The position numbers and the translations under genes were made by a program. Below, piece by piece: positions 1-9,438 of a stretch of 33,788 nucleotides of DNA. Source of the stretch: a virus; IMG/VR virus record IMGVR_UViG_2910170622_000001, positions 1 to 33,788 of that record. The stretch is one strand, 5' to 3'. Within the stretch, counting starts at the first letter, position 1; each line of letters starts with the position of its first letter. Below the pieces are notes generated by a model, which saw nothing but the letters and a program-made list of their open reading frames with translations, did no database searches and had not been told where the DNA came from.

Positions 1-1074
1 TTGTCTGAACCTATCCCTAGAGCCGTGACTACCTACTTCCGCCCCGCCATTGATGCGATGACTGGCTACGTGCCAGGTGAGCAGCCAAAGTCTGACACAC
101 CCATCATTAAGCTAAATACCAACGAGAATCCTTATCCGCCCTCTCCAGCAGCGATCGCAGCGTTGCAAACGCTTAAGGCTGAGTCACTGCGACGGTATCC
201 TGATCCCTACGCCAATGAGTTTCGGCAGGCGATCAGTGAAGCGCTCGGCGTGCCGATGGACTGGATTATTGTGGGCAACGGCAGTGACGATATCTTGAAT
301 ATCATCATTCGTGCGTGCGCTGAAACTGAGCGCAAAGTAGTTTATCCGGTACCGACTTATGTGCTGTATCGCACCTTAACTGCAATGCAGCCAGCGGACA
401 CGATCGAGATTCCCTACGGAGACGACTATCGCTTGCCGATTGCGGAACTAATTGCTGCGAATGGTGCCGTTACCTTTATTGCGTCGCCCAACAGCCCTTC
501 TGGTCATGTGGTGTCGATCGCTGAACTACGCCAACTAGCGGCAGGGCTTACGGGTGTTCTGGTGGTTGATGAGGCATATGTTGACTTTGCCGAAGAAACT
601 GCATTGCCGCTGGTACAGGAATTTGATCATGTGATTGTAACGCGCACGTTATCTAAAGGGTACTCGCTAGCAGGGTTGCGTCTCGGTTTTGGCATCGCTA
701 ATCCAACGCTGTTGAGTGGCTTGTTCAAAGTCAAAGACAGCTACAACATTGATGCGATCGCGGGGTTAGTAGGTGCCGCTGCTATGCGCGATCAGGCGTA
801 CAAAAATGAGTGTGCTGCCAAAGTCAAAACTTCGCGGGCAGCGCTGGCGATCGCGCTTAAGCAACTGGGTTTCCGCCTGTGGGATTCGCAAGCTAACTTT
901 TTGTTGGTGCAGCCGCCCCAAAGCAATGCTGAACAAATCTATTTAGCACTTAAAGAGCGCGGCATTTTGGTGCGCTACTTCCATCAAGCTGGTTTAAGCG
1001 ACAAGTTGCGCATTACCGTTGGCACGGACGAGCAAAACCAGGTGTTGGTGGAAGCGCTAATCCATTTGGTGTAG
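1..1074 (+). CDS. hisC: Histidinol-phosphate aminotransferase (PLP-dependent); true start possibly GTG at 25
   Basis: Motifs KLNTNENPYPP, GNGSDD, SPNSPSG, DEAYVDF and the PLP-lysine motif TRTLSKGYSLAGLRLG; ~350 aa. Confidence 0.97.
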   Translation: MSEPIPRAVTTYFRPAIDAMTGYVPGEQPKSDTPIIKLNTNENPYPPSPAAIAALQTLKAESLRRYPDPYANEFRQAISEALGVPMDWIIVGNGSDDILNIIIRACAETERKVVYPVPTYVLYRTLTAMQPADTIEIPYGDDYRLPIAELIAANGAVTFIASPNSPSGHVVSIAELRQLAAGLTGVLVVDEAYVDFAEETALPLVQEFDHVIVTRTLSKGYSLAGLRLGFGIANPTLLSGLFKVKDSYNIDAIAGLVGAAAMRDQAYKNECAAKVKTSRAALAIALKQLGFRLWDSQANFLLVQPPQSNAEQIYLALKERGILVRYFHQAGLSDKLRITVGTDEQNQVLVEALIHLV

Positions 1075-1092
1075 CAGTCCGCTGACGTAAAT

Positions 1093-1320
1093 TCAGCCTG
1101 GTTCTATGTCGCCGTCCTGGCTAGCTGTTGTCTCCTCGTTCTCTGCCATCGCTTCTTGCACAAAGATTCTAGCAAGGCGATCGTACATACCTGCGCCGAT
1201 GTATTGCGGATACTTGTGCAAGCAGCTACAAACTGGGCGCAAAGCGGTTGTGGTCGTGCGAGAATGGCAGCAAAGCGCGATCGACCACCCCATCACCAAA
1301 GGCGACAATGGCACGGTCAC
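1093..1320 (-). CDS. Small hypothetical phage protein
   Basis: GTG start overlaps the upstream TGA (GTGA coupling); last gene of the minus-strand operon. Confidence 0.45.
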   Translation of the reverse strand: MTVPLSPLVMGWSIALCCHSRTTTTALRPVCSCLHKYPQYIGAGMYDRLARIFVQEAMAENEETTASQDGDIEPG

Positions 1321-1475
1321 TCCTGACTCAACCGATCGCACAACGCCTTAGCTCTCCGTTCAGCCAGCGCGATCGCCAAACCCGTAGGCATCCACCAGGG
1401 CATCGCATTAAGCGATTGTACGAATGCGTATCTTCTGAGTGTTTCTGGTGACTCGATCCAAGTTAGTTCAGCCAT
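1317..1475 (-). CDS. 52-aa hypothetical protein (MAELTWIESPETLRRYAF...), not in the ORF track
   Basis: ATG overlaps the end of 1468-1851 (ATGGCTGA) and its stop overlaps the next GTG; coupled on both sides. Confidence 0.6.
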   Translation of the reverse strand: MAELTWIESPETLRRYAFVQSLNAMPWWMPTGLAIALAERRAKALCDRLSQE

Positions 1476-1851
1476 TTCTCAAAGTGTTAGGAAAGGGGCA
1501 TCCAGCACTACAGCCACCGCTACACCGTTGCCGATGACGCTCTAGGTTTGTCACTACAAAAGTTGATCGACTCTCAATATCGTTAACTCTGCAAGCGCTG
1601 TTGGCACCCCCAGGTTTGGCAGTATAGCCCCACAGTTTGCCGTCAGCGTCAATGCCAGTGCGATCGTTCCTCCAATGGTCAACCTGAACCACAGAAACAG
1701 ATGAAGGATCAGGAATGAGACTACTACCGTCTGCGCGATCGACCACCTGATAGCCCAGTGCTGTCAACTCATCACGCAGGCGATCAGCTTCAGCCCATTG
1801 CCGATCGCGCCTTGCCTGTTCTCGTTGTGCCAGAAGCTGTTGTGGTGTCAT
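1468..1851 (-). CDS. Protein with N-terminal CysRS C-terminal (anticodon-binding)-like domain and Cys-rich tail
   Basis: LLAQREQARRDRQWAEADRLRDELTALGYQVVDRADGS matches the CysS C-terminal pattern R..AR..K.W..AD.IRD.L...G..L.D...G; tail CSGGCSAGCPF. Confidence 0.75.
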   Translation of the reverse strand: MTPQQLLAQREQARRDRQWAEADRLRDELTALGYQVVDRADGSSLIPDPSSVSVVQVDHWRNDRTGIDADGKLWGYTAKPGGANSACRVNDIESRSTFVVTNLERHRQRCSGGCSAGCPFPNTLRNG

Positions 1852-1916
1852 GGCTGTTTAAGCTTCCCTCGCGGCTGACTAGACTGTTTAAGCTTGGAGC
1901 GATCGCTCTTTTGCTT

Positions 1917-2294
1917 TCAAGCGGGTGCTTGCAGCTCAAAGTGAGCCGACAGCCCCATATCGCTACAACATTGCTCAAAGGTCCAAGCTTTGTTAATAAA
2001 TGACTGAGCATTGAAACTATTGGTTTCTAAGAGTTTTGGCTCTGCCGAATCGCTAGGCGATGACAACATATAGAAGACAGCGCCAGGGATCAGGATCAAC
2101 GCCAGTTTCATGGCGATCGCCTGAAGCTCGGTATAAACCCCACTGGAGTAGTGATACAGAGGCGCTTCATTTGTCCACTCAAACGGCACACGGTTGTTGA
2201 ACATATTTTGCCCGCCAGTCGGGTCATAGTCCATAGCGGCGCGATCGGCTTGTGCTTTGTAGGCAGCAGGAATAAAGATAGTGATACGTTTCAT
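1917..2294 (-). CDS. Hypothetical phage protein (start MKRITIF)
   Basis: AGGAG RBS upstream of ATG at 2294; in operon after the tailspike-like gene. Confidence 0.75.
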   Translation of the reverse strand: MKRITIFIPAAYKAQADRAAMDYDPTGGQNMFNNRVPFEWTNEAPLYHYSSGVYTELQAIAMKLALILIPGAVFYMLSSPSDSAEPKLLETNSFNAQSFINKAWTFEQCCSDMGLSAHFELQAPA

Positions 2295-2304
2295 TGTATA
2301 GCTC

Positions 2305-4752
2305 CTAAATGTTGTAACTTTGCATAAAGGCTCGAATCCTTGCTTGCACGGTGGCGCTGTGAGTGCGGTAAACAATCAAGCCGTGTAAGTAGCCGTTCCA
2401 AAAATCTGTCAAGGCTGCGTTATAAGCAGTCGTGCCACCCGTTCGCGCCCCGAAGATGTTGCCCGTTTGCTGTACTGAAGTGGTTCGCACACTATTAGTT
2501 GAGGCATTATTTGTGCCGATCGTTGTAAAAGTTGTGCCACTCCGATATGACGAAAGGATGCCACTGCCAGAAAAAACAACCGCAGTCGTTGGCGTAAGGG
2601 TGCCACCGATCGACTGAGCAAAATTAGTCGCTGTTTGTTGGCTGATATATCGAGTAGCGTTGCCACCAATAAACTGCGTTAAAAGCCGTCGATCGACCGT
2701 TGTACTGTTGCGGGTTACTGCCACATGGAAGGAGAAATCAGCGCTATCTGGCAGCAATGGATTCGCGGTATTACTCCCATCAAGGAAATCATCAACACCG
2801 TCAAACGACAAGCGGAAGCCTGCTGCCACTGTATCGGTTTGCAAGAGAGGTCTGCTACCTGCTGTTGCTTGCACCCACTGGTTTGATCCAGTGATCCAAT
2901 CTGTCCACGCTGAAACAGCAGTGCCGACGCTTACCCCAGTGCTATCGGCACCCGCCTGCCACCAACGATGAGCGGTTGCTAAGTCATCAATGATCTGCCT
3001 GCCAGTAGTCGATTGCGCTGTCGCAACTGAATTGGCAACCGTGGCGATGCGATCGCGCCTTGCTGTTGGCACATTTGGCAGTTTTGTCGCCACATAAGCA
3101 GCATCGGCGGCAGTAACAACGTAAACAGGTGGTGTACCGGGAGTAGCCGATCGCGCCCCAACACTCAGAGTAGAGTCAGCGCCAATGCTGGTGATCTTCT
3201 GACTAATATCGGTGCCAAAATAATCAGTTAAGCCTGCCTGGATGCCATACAAGCCGTACAGGTCAATGCCTGTTTTTGTAGCTGTGGGGGAAGCTGCTGT
3301 GAGCTTAAAATCAGTCGCCATGGTTCCCGACAAATTGACAAAAAGCGGATTACCTTCTTGCCCATAATTGGTTGCACCAATTTTCTCTTGTGCAGGGGTG
3401 CCGCGCCAATTCGTCAGCCCTGTATAAGTTGTGCCACCCCATTTGAAGGTAACAGTGCCGGTCGTTGAATAATATTGATTATCAATAAAGATCAAGCCAG
3501 CGGCAGGCGACTCCGCCATCAACGTGGTGAGTGTGCTGACTAGGATATTCTTAGCAATCAAGCCTGTGTTGACTGCCAAGCGATTATAGATTGCAGGCAG
3601 AGGAGCACCGCCCGTCTGGTTCACACGATTGACGATCGTATTATTGATAATCGTAGAATTTGTGGCTGACTCACCATTGAGTCCACCGTAGATGTAAATT
3701 GTGCCAAAACCTGAATCGCCCGCCAGTGGAGAACCTTTGGCACAATCAACGAAAATATTCCCACTGATGCTATTGCCATCACCGTCGATGATCAGAGCGG
3801 CTTCACCACGGCAGTTGTAAGCGTAATTATTGATAATCTTGCAATCGATGCAATTGAGATCAATGCCGTAAGCGCCGCCATCGGGTGAAGTGTTTTGGCA
3901 CTTGGCATTGACAGCAATGTTTTTCTGCATAATTGCTCGCTTGGCATCATAAACCCAGATTAGGTTGCAAGCAAAGCCATTCGCTGAATCATTACCATCC
4001 GCATAGTTATCTTCAATCAGAGCGTCTACAACACCCCCCAGGACGATCGCGGATGCTGATGGTGTTGTCGTACCCAAGCCCCACAGCTTATTGATGATGT
4101 TGGATCGCACTGTAATGTTTTTGTGCGTGAAGGGATTGTCTGCGTATGAAATGATGCCCTGCGTACTGACGTTGGTGATTGTGCAGCCTTCGATCGTAAA
4201 GTTGCTAAAGGCAGGAGTGCCACCAAAAACGATCGCATTCTTGCAGCCATCAATGTCGCAATTAATCACACCGCTGCCAGAGTAGCCACTGCCGTTCTCG
4301 TAGTAGAAATTTACAGCATCACCAGCAGTCGTGTAGGAAGCTTGAAATAGTTTGAGGTTGCTAATCCGTACATCACGGTTGTAAATGTAAAAAGGCGAAC
4401 TGTTTGCCGCAGTCGTTTGGATCGTTGCTTTGCCCGTGCCATAAGAGTCGAAACGGTAAGGCGTAGTACTTCTAGGCGTGTTTGGTGAATCAAAAGAGAT
4501 CCCATCCGGTGCGCTGAAAGTATCGCCACCTCGAAAGAGGATGCGATCGCCGTCTTGAAGCCCTGCCACGATCGCTGTATTAACTCTACCGATCGTTGCC
4601 CATGCTGTTGAAGGAGTAAGACCATCATTCGTATCGTTGCCAGTAGCGCTGACGTAAAAGGCTCTCCCTGTTTCTGCAACGACCCAAGTAGCCGCTGCGT
4701 AAGCTGCTGCTGACCACGTACCAGTCGACCATGTGCCAGCGCTGTACGTCAT
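2305..4752 (-). CDS. Right-handed parallel beta-helix protein with C-terminal LamG/ConA-like domain; putative tailspike/polysaccharide-binding virion protein
   Basis: FYVSATGNDTNDGLTPSTAWATI and GDRILFRGGDTF start motifs, Asn/Ile-rich coil repeats, GNPLFVN...DFKLTAASP; C-terminal AVSAWTD..SGN...QATAGSRP...LSFDGVDDFL. Confidence 0.8.
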   Translation of the reverse strand: MTYSAGTWSTGTWSAAAYAAATWVVAETGRAFYVSATGNDTNDGLTPSTAWATIGRVNTAIVAGLQDGDRILFRGGDTFSAPDGISFDSPNTPRSTTPYRFDSYGTGKATIQTTAANSSPFYIYNRDVRISNLKLFQASYTTAGDAVNFYYENGSGYSGSGVINCDIDGCKNAIVFGGTPAFSNFTIEGCTITNVSTQGIISYADNPFTHKNITVRSNIINKLWGLGTTTPSASAIVLGGVVDALIEDNYADGNDSANGFACNLIWVYDAKRAIMQKNIAVNAKCQNTSPDGGAYGIDLNCIDCKIINNYAYNCRGEAALIIDGDGNSISGNIFVDCAKGSPLAGDSGFGTIYIYGGLNGESATNSTIINNTIVNRVNQTGGAPLPAIYNRLAVNTGLIAKNILVSTLTTLMAESPAAGLIFIDNQYYSTTGTVTFKWGGTTYTGLTNWRGTPAQEKIGATNYGQEGNPLFVNLSGTMATDFKLTAASPTATKTGIDLYGLYGIQAGLTDYFGTDISQKITSIGADSTLSVGARSATPGTPPVYVVTAADAAYVATKLPNVPTARRDRIATVANSVATAQSTTGRQIIDDLATAHRWWQAGADSTGVSVGTAVSAWTDWITGSNQWVQATAGSRPLLQTDTVAAGFRLSFDGVDDFLDGSNTANPLLPDSADFSFHVAVTRNSTTVDRRLLTQFIGGNATRYISQQTATNFAQSIGGTLTPTTAVVFSGSGILSSYRSGTTFTTIGTNNASTNSVRTTSVQQTGNIFGARTGGTTAYNAALTDFWNGYLHGLIVYRTHSATVQARIRAFMQSYNI

Positions 4753-5579
4753 GTGTTCCTCTTGACGAACAAGGCAGGGAAGCTAGCGTCACACTGAGCC
4801 GTGGCAGCGCCAGCAATCGTGGAGATCTTAATTCGTGTTTTTTCGGGTAGTCTGAGATACCCCATATCGCGCATAGCATTGTCGCCTTCTCGAACTGAGA
4901 GCACACCTTGAAAGTTGTAAATACCTTCTAATATTGTTTTTGACGAAATACCTGGCACATCAAGCTTAGAGACGGTGGCACGAAAGCGGAAGTCGTGCAA
5001 AGCTGACACCGCCGAGCCAAAGAAAGACGGAATATAAGCGTCGTAGCCCAAAGGCACCGCGCATCGTGCCGACAGGGACATATTGCCGCCAGAGGTAATC
5101 TGCTCTAGCTCTGCGCCTGCACCTGCAATCCGTAGGATGATATTTCCGGCTGCGGTTAACCCTGTGCCAGCGGTTAAAGTATGCATCCACCAGATCGCTT
5201 GTGGCGTAACGCTTGCACCATCTTTTTGTACTGAGACAGCCAGAATGCCGTTTAGAGTGACAGTTGTTTTCTGTAGGTTGTAAGCAGCATCCAAGTAGAC
5301 AAGTTCTACAGTTCTCACGCCTGACCCTAGCGCTGAATCACTTGCTGATGTGCTAATTATTTCTATACTTTGATTGCCAGCCAGCAAAGGAATGCGGTTA
5401 TTGTTCAACACAAATTCAACAACGTCTGTCTGCCCACTGGCGTTAAACGAGTTACCCGATCGCCGTCCTGAAAAACTAGTGACAAAGCCAGGTTTGCCGT
5501 CGATAAAGCCCGTTCTCTGTACCTGCATCGCTGGCAGACCAGGAATATTGCCAGCACTAGCGGGAAAAATGTTAGCCAT
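4749..5579 (-). CDS. Putative virion structural protein
   Basis: Motif ISTSASDSALGSGVRTVELVYLDAAYN...VTLNG resembles a recurrent phage structural family; ATGA overlap with next gene. Confidence 0.65.
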   Translation of the reverse strand: MANIFPASAGNIPGLPAMQVQRTGFIDGKPGFVTSFSGRRSGNSFNASGQTDVVEFVLNNNRIPLLAGNQSIEIISTSASDSALGSGVRTVELVYLDAAYNLQKTTVTLNGILAVSVQKDGASVTPQAIWWMHTLTAGTGLTAAGNIILRIAGAGAELEQITSGGNMSLSARCAVPLGYDAYIPSFFGSAVSALHDFRFRATVSKLDVPGISSKTILEGIYNFQGVLSVREGDNAMRDMGYLRLPEKTRIKISTIAGAATAQCDASFPALFVKRNT

Positions 5580-5581
5580 GA

Positions 5582-6247
5582 TCAGTAGAGTTGATAACGG
5601 TAGTTAGCGGTGATGGTGATAGCGCTGTCAGATCGCTGCCCAATGAATAAATACCTGCCTCTTTTTTCGCCAGAAAACGGGCTGGAAGACTTCTCTCCAG
5701 TCGTGTTAGAAGTAAAAGAATAGACGTTAATGTTCTGGCTAATCACTTGCTCACCACCACTTGCGGTGGCATAGGTATTGACGGTTTCATTGATGCCATT
5801 GGTTGGCGCGTTGCCGCTCGTTGCTGCGTCATGGCTCCAGACCAGTCGATAGTTGCCTGAATTGCCTACTGTGCCGCCTGCTGTGGTCACGATCGGCAGA
5901 AACGAGATCTCGTTGTAACCGCTACAGTCGATCGCGCTGGAATAAACCCAAGTAGTGCTAGTGCTGGTGATAGTGACTGTGGCAACTGCGCTTTCAATTG
6001 GTGGTGAAGCTTGGACGCGATCGCGCAACAGCGTCAGGTTGCGGATATTGGCAAGAATTGCGCCACTAAGGTCAAGCGCAATCTGGCGATCGTTCCCCGC
6101 TGCTGTCGTTCCTGGGGCTGTCGGATCAACTGTTAAGCCTGAGAACGCCTGCAATCCGTAAGGATCGACATTAGTGCCTGTCCCTTTGCCAAACTGGAAA
6201 AAGGCAGTATTACTACCAAAAGTTGCTAACTGAACAGGTGTCGGCAT
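5582..6247 (-). CDS. Putative virion structural protein (Thr/Gly/Ser-rich, beta)
   Basis: AGGAG RBS; composition and operon context. Confidence 0.65.
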   Translation of the reverse strand: MPTPVQLATFGSNTAFFQFGKGTGTNVDPYGLQAFSGLTVDPTAPGTTAAGNDRQIALDLSGAILANIRNLTLLRDRVQASPPIESAVATVTITSTSTTWVYSSAIDCSGYNEISFLPIVTTAGGTVGNSGNYRLVWSHDAATSGNAPTNGINETVNTYATASGGEQVISQNINVYSFTSNTTGEKSSSPFSGEKRGRYLFIGQRSDSAITITANYRYQLY

Positions 6248-6257
6248 TTGCTACTCC

Positions 6258-6902
6258 TTATAAATGAGCCAGCACACCTGTAGGTGGCAGTGGCACCGTG
6301 AGCGTATTCTGGCTACCGCTTGAAGTTGAAGGCGTATAAGGTGCAGGCACATAAACTGTGAGCGTAATGGTGCCGGATGCTGTTGCAGGACGACTCATCA
6401 CTATCTGAGTTGCAGAAGTGATTTCATCGATCACTGATCCGAATGCCAAGCCTGTACCCGCTAGTCGATAACCCTCTGCCAAACCAGCAAAGCTTCCAGT
6501 CGTGGTGAGAATGACCGAATCGGCTGTAGTTGTCACACTGGCAATCGTGGTTGTTTCAGTCAGCTTTACCGAGCCAAGCACCGGATCGCTGCCAGCACTC
6601 GCCCCACCGATTTGCTTAGAGAAAGCCATCTCAACGATCGGCGTTGCTGCGCTTGTGTAAAGATTGCTCCATAGGGGTGGACCATCACTAACGTTAACGA
6701 TCGCGCTTGTGCCTACAAGTGCAGCGGCAGTCGTTGTTAAAGGCTTGGCAGCATAGTTCCCGCCCGCTGCTTGAGTGAGTTCAGCCACCGTGTCGATCGT
6801 GTCGGTCAGTACTGCCGTTAAGAGATGGGCATTAACGATCGTGCCAGGGGGTAGGTAGGCTGCTAAGATTTGCCGCTTAATATCTGAAGGCTGAAACGCC
6901 AT
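6258..6902 (-). CDS. Putative virion structural/fibre-associated protein
   Basis: AGGAG RBS; small beta module GLAEGYRLAGTGLAFGSVIDEITSATQIVMSRPATASGTITLT of the kind seen in fibre proteins. Confidence 0.65.
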   Translation of the reverse strand: MAFQPSDIKRQILAAYLPPGTIVNAHLLTAVLTDTIDTVAELTQAAGGNYAAKPLTTTAAALVGTSAIVNVSDGPPLWSNLYTSAATPIVEMAFSKQIGGASAGSDPVLGSVKLTETTTIASVTTTADSVILTTTGSFAGLAEGYRLAGTGLAFGSVIDEITSATQIVMSRPATASGTITLTVYVPAPYTPSTSSGSQNTLTVPLPPTGVLAHL

Positions 6903-6903
6903 A

Positions 6904-7725
6904 TTAACTCCTAAGAACGGTGGTAAAGATTGTCCGAGTGCTGCCTATCGCTACGCTGTACGTCGTATCCATCAACAGCGACTGCATGGTTAAGCTGTCG
7001 GCGTTTGCCTGTCGTGTGACCGATGGCGCTGCATCTAGCAGAGTCGTCATGCCGCTTAAAGCATCAGCCTGCTTAGTTGTTGCAACACGGCGATCGCTAT
7101 CGACTAACAAGCCTGAAAGCAGTAAGCCATCAGGCTGTCTAGCTGTCGTTGTTTGATAGCTACTATCGACAGCGATCGGTGTTGTCGTCAGTCCGTCTGC
7201 AAAGCGTTGCGTGCTGACCGTGTAACTGGTGTCTTGCCGCAGCAGCATCAGCAACAAAGCATCCGCATCGCGCTGCGTCAGTGCCCCTGCTGAGTAGGCT
7301 GTGTCTAAGCCAAAAATCGAGGCTTGAATAGAATCAGACTGCCGAAGAGAGGCGATCGAGTGTGCTGTATCGATTGGCAGCGATTGCTGCGCCAGTGATT
7401 CTGCTTGCCTGATGGAGGCAGTAACGTAACCCACATCCATCAAAGTCGAAACTAGCAGCAACCCATCAACTTCCCGTTCAGTTAGGAGGGTGACAGCGTA
7501 AACCGTGTCCAGCAATAACGGTTGTAATGTCAGGTTGTCAGCAAGGAAAGCGCGATCGACAACATAGCCTGCATCACCTAGCAAGGTTGTCAGTGCAAGT
7601 GAATCAGTTGGGAAAGTCCCACCAACTTGATTTGATTCTCCATCAATAACGTGAAGCTCAAACCGTTGATTAACAACCGCGTAAACTTTGGGGCAGGGAC
7701 GCACTACCGCGTAGATTTTTGTCAT
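6904..7725 (-). CDS. Tandem-repeat (22-24 aa) putative virion protein; start MTKIYAVV
   Basis: TAATG coupling at 7725; about ten repeats of R-x-A-D-x-L-x(4)-L-L-x-D-T-x-Y. Confidence 0.7.
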   Translation of the reverse strand: MTKIYAVVRPCPKVYAVVNQRFELHVIDGESNQVGGTFPTDSLALTTLLGDAGYVVDRAFLADNLTLQPLLLDTVYAVTLLTEREVDGLLLVSTLMDVGYVTASIRQAESLAQQSLPIDTAHSIASLRQSDSIQASIFGLDTAYSAGALTQRDADALLLMLLRQDTSYTVSTQRFADGLTTTPIAVDSSYQTTTARQPDGLLLSGLLVDSDRRVATTKQADALSGMTTLLDAAPSVTRQANADSLTMQSLLMDTTYSVAIGSTRTIFTTVLRS

Positions 7726-8192
7726 TACGCCACCACACTCCTGCGAGTCACGTCTCTGCAATAGTCAAAGTAAGAGGCATCAACGATCGTCTTAGTTAGA
7801 TCGCCTAGTAGCAGCTCAATATCGTAGACGTAGACATTTTTACCAAGCCGTGGATCGTCACCATCTAGTCGCTGTCTTGGGAGCGCAAACAAAGCAGTCT
7901 GAGCAGCAGATAACCGTGGTGAAATTTTTGTAAACAGTCCTGTAATTGGTGCTGCGACACCTTCAGGCGTGATTGTGTAAGTGCCATAAGTTAGCGGCAA
8001 AAAAGTAAAATTGATTGGCGGCAGTTTTGACTTTTCTGCGTAGTTGTCTCTAACTTGCCCTGCTGGTTCCCACAGCGTGTAATCGCCTTCAATGAACAGG
8101 TCAAACCAGTCAAACGTATCGCCTTGCACAGGGGCGTAACATTTGCCAGGTGTGTCAAAGTTCGTGAGTGGAAATGACAGGCAACAACTCAA
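7725..8192 (-). CDS. BppU-N/Ig-like virion protein
   Basis: Pattern QGDTF...GQVR...LSAAQTA...YVYDIEL...DVTR typical of this phage family; TTG start with AG-rich RBS. Confidence 0.65.
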   Translation of the reverse strand: MSCCLSFPLTNFDTPGKCYAPVQGDTFDWFDLFIEGDYTLWEPAGQVRDNYAEKSKLPPINFTFLPLTYGTYTITPEGVAAPITGLFTKISPRLSAAQTALFALPRQRLDGDDPRLGKNVYVYDIELLLGDLTKTIVDASYFDYCRDVTRRSVVA

Positions 8193-8207
8193 GCGATCGC
8201 CCTCTCT

Positions 8208-8588
8208 CTAAACCACAAAGCCTGTAACAAAACGGCAAGCGCTATTAGCCATCAACGCCTGCAACCGTAAACCCCATTTAGTGGCGCTCAACTGATTAGC
8301 TTCTGCTTTGCCATCTGTCGCCGCGAAACTGACTGATTGAGAACCTTGAGAACCACTGATTGAACTGATCTGCCCGATCGCTCTACCGCCCAACTGCCCT
8401 GTCTGGTCTAGTGTCAGAAGATGCGCTAGATAGTACTTACGCCCTTCGTCCATCTCGTCAACGCACAAAGAACCCTCAGGTAGCAGCGTGGCTACATAAG
8501 CCAACTCACTGGCGATTAGGGTTTCGTCCAGTGAGTCAAATTCCTCAAAGCGTGGGTCTGCGAGAAAGTCGGCAACAGTCAGCGCCAT
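8208..8588 (-). CDS. DUF4054-type head-tail adaptor
   Basis: TVADFLA..RFEEF, YYLAHLLTL, GQISSIS.SQGSQSVSF, LSATKWG motifs; located downstream of the capsid gene. Confidence 0.8.
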   Translation of the reverse strand: MALTVADFLADPRFEEFDSLDETLIASELAYVATLLPEGSLCVDEMDEGRKYYLAHLLTLDQTGQLGGRAIGQISSISGSQGSQSVSFAATDGKAEANQLSATKWGLRLQALMANSACRFVTGFVV

Positions 8589-8591
8589 ACA

Positions 8592-9017
8592 TTAAGCCCG
8601 TTGATAACCGATCGTGATCACACCATCGACTGCGGTTGTAACGCCTGTGACATCAAGCGCCAAGCGATCGCCTGCTGCAAATGTCAATGCTGATTGATTA
8701 GAGACTAAAGTTGCGTTAACAGTGTTGTGTGCAGCGGTTTTCAAATCGAATGTGCCCGTCTGCAAGGCTATGCCAGCAGCAGGCGCAGTCGTGCCCGTAC
8801 ACTTGGTTAAAAGCCCTGTAACGGCTCCAGCATCCGTGCCAGGTGCATTAGATGTGTATTTGGCGCTGATCAGCTTCCAAGCTTCATCAGAGGGGAAGAG
8901 GTTTTGATCCGCAGGCGTGCCACTGATTCGGAAAGAACGGTACTGCACACCGTTGTTGAGCGTTAGAGGGCTACTCGGATCGCCAATAACTAAAAAGCGT
9001 CCATCAGTAATCGGCAT
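8592..9017 (-). CDS. Putative capsid decoration/structural protein
   Basis: Beta-rich, LTFAAGDRLALDVTG; TAATG coupling; head operon context. Confidence 0.6.
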   Translation of the reverse strand: MPITDGRFLVIGDPSSPLTLNNGVQYRSFRISGTPADQNLFPSDEAWKLISAKYTSNAPGTDAGAVTGLLTKCTGTTAPAAGIALQTGTFDLKTAAHNTVNATLVSNQSALTFAAGDRLALDVTGVTTAVDGVITIGYQRA

Positions 9018-9430
9018 TAGATTTCACCTTTTTTGATTGCGGCAATGCGGCGTTGCAGTTGCCCTTGTACAGATTTTCGCGTTTCTTTTTCTAGCCAGCG
9101 ATCGAGGATAGCGATCGTGGATGTGCGGCGAATAATACCGCCCGTTTCCTCATCTCCTTCACCAACTTTGAAGCCACTTAATTCGAGGTTGGCGGCTAAA
9201 GGTGCTTGCGGTTCAATCTCGATCGCTAGTGGGTCAACAACAGATTCAATGATTTTGATGCTGCCATTAGCTGCATAGCGCTGAAAGTCAGGATGGGCAA
9301 TAACCTTATCTACTTCCAGTGGCGTAAGTTGATAATTGATACCCGGACGTACCGGAATGCGATCGAACTTCACGCCATTGTTAGAACGTGGAACACAGTA
9401 TTCCGGAATTAACTCAAGCAGTTTTGTCAT
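9017..9430 (-). CDS. Head-cluster hypothetical protein with short C-terminal helical motif
   Basis: AGGAG RBS; LDRWLEKETRKSVQGQLQRRIAAI resembles small proteins that often follow capsid genes. Confidence 0.7.
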   Translation of the reverse strand: MTKLLELIPEYCVPRSNNGVKFDRIPVRPGINYQLTPLEVDKVIAHPDFQRYAANGSIKIIESVVDPLAIEIEPQAPLAANLELSGFKVGEGDEETGGIIRRTSTIAILDRWLEKETRKSVQGQLQRRIAAIKKGEI

Positions 9431-9438
9431 CTAAACTC

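Noticed and set aside
1468-1851. Functional cysS or a cysS integration scar
   Set aside because: No catalytic HIGH/KMSKS region; the fragment is at the N-terminus of an intact coupled ORF about 400 bp inside the element
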